NCBI GenBank assembly: GCA_964607425.1
Contig: CAZSKQ010000001.1
Span: 27,784-91,783, forward strand
Direction: 5' to 3'
DNA from: an uncultured Woeseiaceae bacterium
GTDB lineage: Bacteria; Pseudomonadota; Gammaproteobacteria; Steroidobacterales; Woeseiaceae
DNA: 64,000 bases
The position numbers and the translations under genes are program-made. Shown one piece after another: positions 18,573 to 26,482 of this stretch (position 1 is the stretch's first letter; the number at the start of each line of letters is the position of its first letter). Below the pieces are notes generated by a model. The model worked only from the letters and a program-made list of their open reading frames with translations. It was not told where the DNA came from and did not search any database.

Positions 18573-21002
18573 TCAATTACACCCGGTCTGGATATCGCCG
18601 CTCGCGCCACCCTGGATGTTCATGCACGTCGGCGCGGAGATCTTGTTGTCGCGCACGGTAAGATCGCTCGTGGCGCGCAGCTCGATGCCCGTACTGAGGG
18701 CGACGATGTCGTTGCTTTCAATGGTATGTCCGCGCATCCCCGAGGACACGATGCCGATGCGGGCGTCCCGAATCACGTTGTCGTAGATTCGCGCATTGAA
18801 GGCGTCGTCGTGGATCACGACGGCCTCACCGGGGCTGGACGCGGTAGGCTTAAAGCCTTCCATCAGCACGCCGGACACGACCACGTCGCGCGAATCCTTG
18901 ATGTCGACCGCGTTCTCCCGGTTGTGATGGAAGTAACCGCCGCCGATATAGACGCGCTCACAGCTACCCCGTGAAGCATCGCCACACTGGACCGAGTCGC
19001 CGGACACGTCATAAATCTCGGCGTTCAGTATCCATTTGTCGGATCCCATGGCCTTGATCCCGTGGAAGTCCTGCTCCCGTGCATCCTGGCGGTTGTCGCC
19101 GAAACCGTGGATGCTGCCGCGAATCCAGACGTTGAAGGTACCAAGGCCCGCCGCCGACGAATGGCCCGCGTCGGTACCGGGACCGGCCAGCTCCAGGTCG
19201 CGAATCACGCAGAAGTTGCAGTTGCTGGAGTTGAAGAACGGCCCGTTGCCGGAACCGGCATTGATCAGGCCGCCCTGCAGGATCACGTAGGTGCCGGAGA
19301 GCGAGAGCTTGGTGAAGCTCGCTCCCGACGCGTCGATCAGGCACGGATCGGCCTCGGTGCCGTTGCACGACAGGGAGTCGCTGCCGCGCTTGCCGGTGAT
19401 CGTCTGGTCGGCCGTGTAATCGGCCCATACGTCGAAGCCCAGCACGTCGGAGGGCTCCGGGATGCCCCGAAAAGCGGACTGTCCCGGCGGTATGCTGCCG
19501 CCACCGCTCGACGGCGGCGGATCGTCGTCCGGCGGCGGCTCATCCCCGCCGCCCGCGGCCGCTTCCGCGTACGCCTCATCGATCGTTGCGAGCAAGGCGG
19601 ATTCGGTGCCCGTCTTGTGGTGCGTGCCGGCTTTCCTGATGTCGGCCGGGATGCGAGGTGCCACGTAGTCGATACCGTCGTGCACCATGCTGATGCGCGC
19701 CGAGTTTCCGGAGGTGCCGCCGGCATCGGTCTCACCGGCCGGCCAGATATTGCCGTCGAAGAACCAGCTGCCGCCGGTGCCCTGGACGATGAAGGCGTCG
19801 TTCGGCCCGCCGCTCAGGCCGGAAACGTACAAGTAGGCATTCTGCTCCACGTTCGCCGACGGAGAACCGGTTCCAGGCGCCAGGTTCATGCCGGCGGCGC
19901 CGCCCTCGAACCAGCCCCAGCCGTAGATCACGTTCCCTACGAAGTCCACCTGGCGGGTATTGTAGCGAATGCGCGGCTGCCGCTCGTTCAGGCGAGCGTA
20001 CACGTTGCCGTAGATCGTCAGGCGCTCGCGCAGCCCGCTTTCCTGCGAGAAGTGCTGCCCCTGCACCGAGTCCATGATGAGGCTGTTGGACAACGTGACA
20101 TCGCTGACGTCGCCGTAGATATCGACGTTGCCGTCGCCGGACCCGATCATCGTCAGGTGGTCCAGCACTACCCGGGAAACGGGCGCGCCGCTGGAGCCGT
20201 CGAGCTCCCAGAGGTCGTTGCCCTCGACGGAGCCACCCTCCCCGATCGCGCGGATGTTGTTCACGATGATGTCGTGCACCGGCTTGCTGCTCCTGGCCTC
20301 GAGCACCAGCCGGCCTACGTTGGTCAGCGTAATGCCCGGCGCCGGCGCGGTCGCGCCGTCGATTGTCAGGTAGCTGGTACTGATCTGCAGGTCGCCGATG
20401 GGAATATTGCCCGCGACATCGAACACGATGTGGCGGCAGTCCTGGCTCACCGCATCGCGCAGCGTGCCGGCTCCCCCGCTGCCGGAAAGCGATGTGACCC
20501 TGTAAGTGGTCATGCCCGTGGGGCAGCTCATCGCTCCCTTCGTTACCGAGCCGAAGCCGAGGTAATCTGCCGCCGGCGCCGCGCCCTGGTCGGCGACGTC
20601 GATGGCGAATGCGTCAAGGGAATCCTCCGCGGCGCCGTCGCTGACCGAGATCACGATGTCCTCGTAGACGCCTTCGTCGCCGCTCCCCGGAACGCCTGAG
20701 AGCTTTCCCGAAGCCGCGTCGAATTCGGCCCACTCGGGCTTGTTTTGGACTGTAAAGGTGAGCGTATCCCCGTCCGCGTCGGAAGCGGCGGGAGCAAACA
20801 GGTACGCTTCGCCGATCGTGGCTTCGCCCGCCGGCGAGCCCGAAATCACCGGCGCTTCGTTGTCGTTGCCGCCCGGTATGCCCGGTGTGGGAGCCTGTGC
20901 TTCGTCGCTGTCGGGAGTAGTTCCTGACTTGCAGCCGCCGAGCAGGGCGGCGATGGCAATGATCGAAAGAGGCAGGCTGACGCGCGGTCGGGTCGTGGTC
21001 AT
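18573..21002 (-). CDS. Bimodular secreted lipoprotein: Ig/cadherin-like domain - PL1 pectate-lyase-like beta-helix - Pro-rich linker - second beta-helix module
   Basis: 809 aa. Lipobox LLGGC (Cys24). PVISGSP..DADGDTLTF..LSGVP Ig-like repeat. PL1-like region about residues 165-420 (GTLRDAV, IVFDV.G, LTIDG, RQPRIRYN). Linker GGGDEPPPDDDPPPSSGGG. C-terminal about 300 aa paralogous to 17354-18412. Confidence 0.8.
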   Translation of the reverse strand: MTTTRPRVSLPLSIIAIAALLGGCKSGTTPDSDEAQAPTPGIPGGNDNEAPVISGSPAGEATIGEAYLFAPAASDADGDTLTFTVQNKPEWAEFDAASGKLSGVPGSGDEGVYEDIVISVSDGAAEDSLDAFAIDVADQGAAPAADYLGFGSVTKGAMSCPTGMTTYRVTSLSGSGGAGTLRDAVSQDCRHIVFDVAGNIPIGDLQISTSYLTIDGATAPAPGITLTNVGRLVLEARSSKPVHDIIVNNIRAIGEGGSVEGNDLWELDGSSGAPVSRVVLDHLTMIGSGDGNVDIYGDVSDVTLSNSLIMDSVQGQHFSQESGLRERLTIYGNVYARLNERQPRIRYNTRQVDFVGNVIYGWGWFEGGAAGMNLAPGTGSPSANVEQNAYLYVSGLSGGPNDAFIVQGTGGSWFFDGNIWPAGETDAGGTSGNSARISMVHDGIDYVAPRIPADIRKAGTHHKTGTESALLATIDEAYAEAAAGGGDEPPPDDDPPPSSGGGSIPPGQSAFRGIPEPSDVLGFDVWADYTADQTITGKRGSDSLSCNGTEADPCLIDASGASFTKLSLSGTYVILQGGLINAGSGNGPFFNSSNCNFCVIRDLELAGPGTDAGHSSAAGLGTFNVWIRGSIHGFGDNRQDAREQDFHGIKAMGSDKWILNAEIYDVSGDSVQCGDASRGSCERVYIGGGYFHHNRENAVDIKDSRDVVVSGVLMEGFKPTASSPGEAVVIHDDAFNARIYDNVIRDARIGIVSSGMRGHTIESNDIVALSTGIELRATSDLTVRDNKISAPTCMNIQGGASGDIQTGCN

Positions 21003-21010
21003 CGTGAACT

Positions 21011-21052
21011 CCTCAAAGTCAGCGAAATGACATTCAAAGTCAGCGAAGTGAC
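21011..21052 (-). repeat. Tandem 21-bp direct repeat in the 5' leader, ending in the Shine-Dalgarno of the 809-aa gene
   Basis: Minus strand reads GTCACTTCGCTGACTTTGAAT then GTCATTTCGCTGACTTTGAGG (18/21 identical), then AGTTCACG-ATG. Confidence 0.8.
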
Positions 21053-21129
21053 GTTTTCGCCAGCGGGCCAGGAGGGATTACAGGAATGCCCAGCAACGCG
21101 AGGCCGGCGCGTGCGCGCCAGCCGAGGAG

Positions 21130-21222
21130 TTCTTGGCAACCCCGCTATCGTAGGTAATACGATTACCCGTAGACCGGAAGCTTTGCGTCCTCGCTTTTCA
21201 ACGAGTTTGCCTTTGTCAGGTG
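21130..21222 (-). promoter_or_regulatory. c-di-GMP-I (GEMM-I) riboswitch aptamer in the leader of the lyase-like lipoprotein operon
   Basis: Minus strand reads ACAAAGGCAAACUCGUUGAAAAGCGAGGACGCAAAGCUUCCGGUCUACGGGUAAUCGUAUUACCUACGAUAGCGGGGUUGCCAAG. It carries the GEMM-I blocks GGCAAAC, a 6-bp hairpin capped by GAAA, GACGCAAAGC, CCGG, a second hairpin (GGGUAAU/AUUACCU) and AGCGGGGUUnCC, in the same order and spacing as the Vibrio Vc2 aptamer. Confidence 0.8.
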
Positions 21223-21373
21223 TGTTCATTATTTTTTATTGTCCCCCTTATAGCAAGGCAGTAATGGCGTTTCTGCCGAACCAAAACACAATTCTGTGAA
21301 GTGGTTCATGCCGCCGTTTTAGTTAGCCGCCACGCGCGCCCTGGGGCACGGTGGCAGGCATTAGCGCGTCTTC

Positions 21374-21389
21374 TGCAACTTACGTGCCA
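21374..21389 (-). promoter_or_regulatory. Sigma-54 (-24/-12) promoter directed leftward
   Basis: Minus strand reads TGGCAC-GTAAG-TTGCA, an exact match to TGGCAC-N5-TTGCA with correct GG/GC spacing. It lies about 370 nt upstream of the ATG at 21002 and upstream of the riboswitch. Confidence 0.7.
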
Positions 21390-21520
21390 GGTCATTACGG
21401 GGACCTATAAGGGGCTGTTTTTCTTGCTTTTACTTTAGACCGCGCTGGCCTTATGTCAACCGCGCGCGTTCGCGGGGCGTCTGCGTTCGGCGACAGGTTG
21501 TTCCCGGCGCACTTCATACT

Positions 21521-21540
21521 TTTCATGCAACTTCATGAAA
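21521..21540. promoter_or_regulatory. Inverted repeat, candidate enhancer (UAS) for a sigma-54 activator
   Basis: TTTCATG-caactt-CATGAAA (7-6-7), centred about 145 bp upstream of the -24 element. Flanked by further ACTTCAT copies. Confidence 0.3.
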
Positions 21541-21839
21541 GCAACGCAGTTTGAGGCATGTCGCCAAACCGGCACAACGCAGGCACGGTCTCGACCTGCC
21601 GCGGCGGGAAAAGATCCACCTGCGCAAGCTGCGGGCGTGAAGTGTTGCACCTTTATTGCCGGCTGAAATGTGTATCATTCGTTGCGGCTGCCGCGTGGCG
21701 GTCTGGCGACAACGACAACAGGAACGAGCGAACTGCACGGACGGCCGACAAGCGATCTCCACGGCGACGCCGCATCAAGGCTAAGGCACCGCCGCCCTGT
21801 CGCCGTCGGCACCGGCTACTGACCCCCTGACGATTTTCA

Positions 21840-23696
21840 ATGTGCGGAATTGCCGGCAAGTGCCTCCCCGATGCCTCCGCGCCCGTCGACCGCGGCCTGC
21901 TCGAGCGCATGACACGCGCGCTCGCCCATCGCGGTCCTGACGGCGAAAGCCTGCACTTCGACGCCGGCGTGGGCCTCGGGCACCGCCGGCTCAGCATCAT
22001 CGACCTCGAAGGCGGAACGCAGCCGATCTTCGGTGCCGGCGGCGCGTTGGCCGTGATCTTCAACGGCGAGATTTACAATTACAAGGAACTCCGCGACGAG
22101 CTCATCGCGGACGGTTACCGTTTCAGCACGCAGTCGGACACCGAGGTCATCGTTCACCTGTACGATCGGATGGGCGCTGAATGCGTGCACCGGTTGAACG
22201 GAATGTTCGCCTTCGCGATCTGGGACAACCGGTCCAGAACCCTGTTCGCCGCGCGTGACCGGCTGGGTGAGAAGCCTTTCTATTACCATCACGCGCCGAA
22301 TGGCGCGCTCCTGTTCGCGAGCGAGATCAAATCCCTGCTCGAGAGTGACGCGATCGACCGCGCACTCGACCTCGGCGCCGTCGATGATTATTTCGCCTAC
22401 GGCTACGTACCCGGTTCGAAATCGATTTACCGCCAGATCCGCAAGCTCCCCGCGGCACACACGCTGACCTGGCGCGAGGGCAGGCTGTCGATTCAGCGTT
22501 TCTGGTCGCATACCGAAGCGGCGGCCGATGCGCCAAAAACCCCGTCGGGTGCGCTCGAAGCAGTCGATACACTGCTCCGCGACTCCATTCGCCTGCGGCT
22601 GCGCAGCGACGTGCCCGTGGGTGCATTCCTGAGCGGCGGTATAGATTCCAGCCTCATCGTCGCACTTGCCAGCGAGCTTTCGGCAGCCCCGCTCTCCACA
22701 TACTCGATCGGGTTCCGGGAAACGGAGTTCGATGAAAGCAGCTTCGCGCGTGCGATCGCCGAACGGCACGGCACCGTACATCGCCAGATCACTGTCGGCG
22801 AACTCAACCTCGACCGTTTCCCCGACCTGGTGCGCCAGTTCGACGAACCGTTCGCCGACCCCTCAGCCGTTCCGACCTACTACGTCACGCAGGCAGCCTC
22901 GCGCGACCTCAAGGTGTGCCTCTCCGGCGATGCCGGCGATGAGCTTTTCGCCGGTTACCCACAGTACGTGCTGGAGCCGGGCGAGGCGTGGGTGGACCGG
23001 CTTCCGGCCTGGCTGAGGCAGCTCGCCTTCGGCATCCCGGCGCGGCTCATTCCCGATCACGTACGAGGGAAGGGCTGGCTGAGGCGGCTCGCGGTGGACG
23101 GCGCGGTGCGTTACCAGCGCATCATCGGTGTCTTCGACAATGTCGAGCGGGAACGCCTGTTCCGGCGCGACGCGGGCATCCGCGTCGATCCCGGCGCAAG
23201 CTTGCTCACGCCGTGGTTCAAGCACGATCGTTCACCGATCCGGGCGCGCCAGCTCGCGGACCAGGCCACCTTTCTCACCGACGACATACTCGTCAAGGTC
23301 GACCGCAATTCGATGATGAACAGCCTCGAGGTGCGGGTGCCATTTCTCGACCATCGCCTGGTGGAGCTCGCGAACGCCCTGCCGGTCTCGTTGCACATAA
23401 AAGGCGGCCGGCAGAAATGGATACTCAAGGAGCTGCTCGAGGAGAAGGCGCCCGCGGGCATCACCCGCCGCGGCAAGCAGGGATTCAATATGCCCATACG
23501 CGACTGGCTGCGTGGCAGCTATCGTGAGTACGCGCGGGACCTGCTCCTCTGCCCGGGCAATCGCTCGCTCGATTTCCTGGATGCTGCCGCCGTGCGCCGG
23601 CTGTTCGATGCGCACCAGCACGGCCAGAGGGATCTCAGCGCCCGCCTCTGGACCCTCATGTGGTTCGAGCAATGGTGCCGGCATTTCAGGGCATGA
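21840..23696 (+). CDS. asnB: Asparagine synthase (glutamine-hydrolysing) family amidotransferase
   Basis: 618 aa. Starts MCGIAG (Ntn Cys2), HRGPDG. PP-loop FLSGGIDSS. Resembles the amidotransferase found in exosortase-A type EPS loci. Confidence 0.9.
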   Translation: MCGIAGKCLPDASAPVDRGLLERMTRALAHRGPDGESLHFDAGVGLGHRRLSIIDLEGGTQPIFGAGGALAVIFNGEIYNYKELRDELIADGYRFSTQSDTEVIVHLYDRMGAECVHRLNGMFAFAIWDNRSRTLFAARDRLGEKPFYYHHAPNGALLFASEIKSLLESDAIDRALDLGAVDDYFAYGYVPGSKSIYRQIRKLPAAHTLTWREGRLSIQRFWSHTEAAADAPKTPSGALEAVDTLLRDSIRLRLRSDVPVGAFLSGGIDSSLIVALASELSAAPLSTYSIGFRETEFDESSFARAIAERHGTVHRQITVGELNLDRFPDLVRQFDEPFADPSAVPTYYVTQAASRDLKVCLSGDAGDELFAGYPQYVLEPGEAWVDRLPAWLRQLAFGIPARLIPDHVRGKGWLRRLAVDGAVRYQRIIGVFDNVERERLFRRDAGIRVDPGASLLTPWFKHDRSPIRARQLADQATFLTDDILVKVDRNSMMNSLEVRVPFLDHRLVELANALPVSLHIKGGRQKWILKELLEEKAPAGITRRGKQGFNMPIRDWLRGSYREYARDLLLCPGNRSLDFLDAAAVRRLFDAHQHGQRDLSARLWTLMWFEQWCRHFRA

Positions 23697-23712
23697 GAGC
23701 AGTGCGGCACGC

Positions 23713-24891
23713 ATGAAGATCACGGTAGTCATTGTCGTCAGCAATCTCGAGTACGGCGGCGCGCAACGCCAGATCGTCGAGCTCGCGAACCGGATCGATC
23801 GCGAGCACTTCGACTTGCACGTGTGCTCCCTGTCCGGTTACGTGCCATTGGCCGCGGATCTCGAAGCAGCGGATACGCGCCTGCATATCATCCGCAAGCG
23901 TTACAAGTTCGACGCCTCTGTCGTGCCGCGCCTGGCTCGCCTGCTCCGGCGCCTGCGCGCCGATATCGTGCACGGCTATCTTTTCGACGCGGAGATTGCC
24001 GCGCGGCTCGCGGGGGCGCTCGCGCGGACCCCGGCGGTCGGGAACAGCGAACGCAACACCGACTACCGGTTCAAGCGGATCCAGCTCTTCGCACATGCGC
24101 TCACGCGCCCCTGCGTCGACTTCTACATCGCCAACTCGAATGCCGGCGCCACGTTCAGCCAGCGAATGTTGAAGAATCCGCACCGCTGGTACTACACCGT
24201 GCACAACGGCGTCGACACCTCGAGGTTTCGTCCCGGCGATCGCGCGGCGGCGCGCCTGAAACTCGGGCTCGAAGATGACGAGTTCGTAATCGGGATGTTC
24301 GGCAGCTTCAAGGAACAGAAGAATTACCCGCTGCTGTTCGAAACCGTGCGCCGGGTACTCGATCGGCACGCGCGCACGCGCCTGCTGCTGGTGGGCGATG
24401 AGCTGGCGGGCGGCCTGCACGGCTCCAGCAGCTACAAGCAACGCATGCTGGAGCTGGCCGAGCGCCTCGACCTGCTTCGCCACGCCGTCTTCACGGGCAA
24501 TCGCGGCGACGTGGAAAACCTGTATCCTGCTTGCGACGTCACGGCGCTGCCGTCGCTGTTCGAGGGCACGCCGAACGTTGCCCTGGAATCGATGGCCTGC
24601 GGCGTGCCGGTCGTGGCAACCGCGGTCTCGGATAACGCGTACATCGTCCGGGACGGCGAGACCGGCTATCTCGTGCCGCTGGGGGACCCCGGCCAATACA
24701 GTGAGCGCCTGCTTGCCGTCGCGCGCGACCCCGCACTGCGGGCGAGACTCGGGGCCGCGGCCCGCTGCTGGGTCGAGACGGAATTCTCCGGTGCGCGCCT
24801 GGCGGCCAAAACGGAAGCGGTCTACCGCGACGTGCTCAAAAGACCTTCGCCGGAGGCCGAAACCCTGCGGAGCTTCCGCCCCCCGCTGTAG
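23713..24891 (+). CDS. Glycosyltransferase family 4
   Basis: Track ORF trimmed to ATG 23713 (MKITVVIVVSNLEYGGAQRQ). C-terminal PSLFEGTPNVALESMACGVPVVAT. The stop TAG lies inside a REP element. Confidence 0.85.
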   Translation: MKITVVIVVSNLEYGGAQRQIVELANRIDREHFDLHVCSLSGYVPLAADLEAADTRLHIIRKRYKFDASVVPRLARLLRRLRADIVHGYLFDAEIAARLAGALARTPAVGNSERNTDYRFKRIQLFAHALTRPCVDFYIANSNAGATFSQRMLKNPHRWYYTVHNGVDTSRFRPGDRAAARLKLGLEDDEFVIGMFGSFKEQKNYPLLFETVRRVLDRHARTRLLLVGDELAGGLHGSSSYKQRMLELAERLDLLRHAVFTGNRGDVENLYPACDVTALPSLFEGTPNVALESMACGVPVVATAVSDNAYIVRDGETGYLVPLGDPGQYSERLLAVARDPALRARLGAAARCWVETEFSGARLAAKTEAVYRDVLKRPSPEAETLRSFRPPL

Positions 24892-24910
24892 GAGCGCGCC
24901 ATGCGCGCGA
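24888..24910 (+). repeat. REP-like palindromic element, forward copy
   Basis: GTAGGAGCGCGCCATGCGCGCGA. Contains the stop codon of the GT4 gene. Confidence 0.85.
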
Positions 24911-24932
24911 CAAAACACCCGCCACCCGTGGC

Positions 24933-24986
24933 ATCGCGCGCATGGCGCGCTCCTACAATGGCATCGCGCGCATGGCGCGCTCCTAC
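24933..24986 (-). repeat. Two tandem REP-like elements (30-bp period), inverted relative to 24888-24910
   Basis: ATCGCGCGCATGGCGCGCTCCTAC at 24933-24956 and 24963-24986. The second contains the stop codon of the 499-aa minus-strand gene. Confidence 0.85.
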
Positions 24987-26482
24987 AGGGGAGGGGGTGG
25001 TGGTGTTTCGGGGTGCTCGAAGCTGCCCAGGTCGGGGGCGGCTCCCTGCCAGGCCGGGTGGACGCCGGCACCGCGCCGCCAGCTCGCCGGGCGGCCCAGG
25101 GTCAGCGTGCCGCTTGCGTAATCGACGTGGACGATACTAACCGGTGACGGCTGCCCTTCGATGGCGATCAGGTCGCCGGATTCGCCGGGGATGCCAAAGC
25201 CGTCGTAGAACCAGTTCGCATCGTCGACGATGAGCTCGACGCCCTCGCCGTCCGAGCGTGCGTGCGCGGCGAAAGCACCGGTATCGACAAGTCTGCTGCC
25301 TGCCCGCGGCCTGAAGTCGCCGGCCGCCGCGTCGCGGAACCCCGGGTCTTCCTCGAATTCCCCGTTCTCCAGCAGGATGACCTGCCGGCCGTCCTCGATG
25401 TCCGTCTGACGCCCGATCCTGCCGCGGCAGTCCGCATTGCGGAAGAACGCGTTGTTCAGCACCCGGTTGTCGTAGAACCGCCGCGACGATCCGCTCTGGC
25501 CGATCACGGCATAACAATGGTTGGCGTAAAAAGTGTTGTTGTAGAGCCGATTGCCGTGGACAAACAGCGACTCCTCCGGATAGTACTGGTAGTTGACGCC
25601 GCCGCCGAGGTTACCCGTGAACAGGTTGTAGCGCACGATGGTGTCCTGGCCGCCGTGCTGAATCGCGTTGTAGCGATAGTTGCTCCCCGCCGCCGCCGTC
25701 CCCGCGAAATGATTATGCTCCAGGAGATTGCGGCGGCTGTCGTCCAGCCGCACCGGGGCATCGCTGACACCCTCGCAATCGTATATCTCCGCGGCCTTCT
25801 GCTCGGGATTGGCGAACCGGTTTTTGCGAAGCACGTTGTAGCTGGAACAGCGGATGCTGAGAAGGCTGTGCGAGGCGCCGTGAAAGCGGTTGCCCGCGAT
25901 GACGTTGCGATCGGACTTGTCCTGCAGCAGCAGGAGGTCGCTGCCGTCCTCGAACGAGCTGTTCACGATCCGGTTGCCGGCGCTCCTGACGAGCTTGAGT
26001 GCCCCCGTCGTGCCGCTTGCGCGCGCGCCCTCGAAGCGCAGGTTGTCGATAACGATCCCGGTCGAGTTCTCCAGCCGGCCGAACCCCTGTACCCCGCTGA
26101 CGGCGAGGTCGGCGATACGGAGATGTGAGCGGTCGACCAGCCAGAGCCCGACCTCGGGCGAGGTAACGGTGACCGTTTCACCCGGCGCGCCGCGGATCAC
26201 GATCGGCTGCGCGGGAGTGCCGGAGACCGGCGGAGCAAGCTGCCCGTAGGTGCCGCCGCGCAGCCAGAGCACGTCGCCCGGTGCGAGCCGCGCCAGCGCT
26301 GCGTCCAGGGACGGGAACGCCTGCTGCTCCCCGACGGTGCAGCGGCGCATGGCGGGATCGTAGCTCCCGCAGGGCTCGGGCAGCGCCGGATCGACGTAAA
26401 GCTCCGTGCCGCCAACAGGGCCCGGACCTGCCACGGCAACAAGCAGCAACGCGGCGGCGATCGGGTTGGCTTCAATCCGCAT
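24983..26482 (-). CDS. Secreted right-handed parallel beta-helix repeat protein
   Basis: 499 aa. Signal-like N-terminus (AAALLLVAVAGPG). Repeated N-x-hydrophobic rungs (IVIDNLRFEG, NRIVNSSFE, NVIAGNRFHG, NLLEHNHFAG, VRYNLFTGN, NRLYNNTFY). Last gene of the 13.5-kb operon. Confidence 0.7.
   Translation of the reverse strand: MRIEANPIAAALLLVAVAGPGPVGGTELYVDPALPEPCGSYDPAMRRCTVGEQQAFPSLDAALARLAPGDVLWLRGGTYGQLAPPVSGTPAQPIVIRGAPGETVTVTSPEVGLWLVDRSHLRIADLAVSGVQGFGRLENSTGIVIDNLRFEGARASGTTGALKLVRSAGNRIVNSSFEDGSDLLLLQDKSDRNVIAGNRFHGASHSLLSIRCSSYNVLRKNRFANPEQKAAEIYDCEGVSDAPVRLDDSRRNLLEHNHFAGTAAAGSNYRYNAIQHGGQDTIVRYNLFTGNLGGGVNYQYYPEESLFVHGNRLYNNTFYANHCYAVIGQSGSSRRFYDNRVLNNAFFRNADCRGRIGRQTDIEDGRQVILLENGEFEEDPGFRDAAAGDFRPRAGSRLVDTGAFAAHARSDGEGVELIVDDANWFYDGFGIPGESGDLIAIEGQPSPVSIVHVDYASGTLTLGRPASWRRGAGVHPAWQGAAPDLGSFEHPETPPPPPL

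Noticed and set aside
21563-21585. GCCAAACC...ACGCAGGC on the plus strand upstream of asnB, superficially GEMM-like.
   Set aside because: There is no GNRA-capped hairpin between the blocks, no GACGCAAAGC and no 3' GCGGGGUU segment, so it is just a chance resemblance.
24901-25140. The SD-like AGGAG followed by ATG inside the REP at 24888-24910 opens a 79-aa plus-strand ORF.
   Set aside because: The ATG is in the variable loop of the palindrome and is not conserved in other copies. The ORF is antisense to the beta-helix gene and of low complexity.
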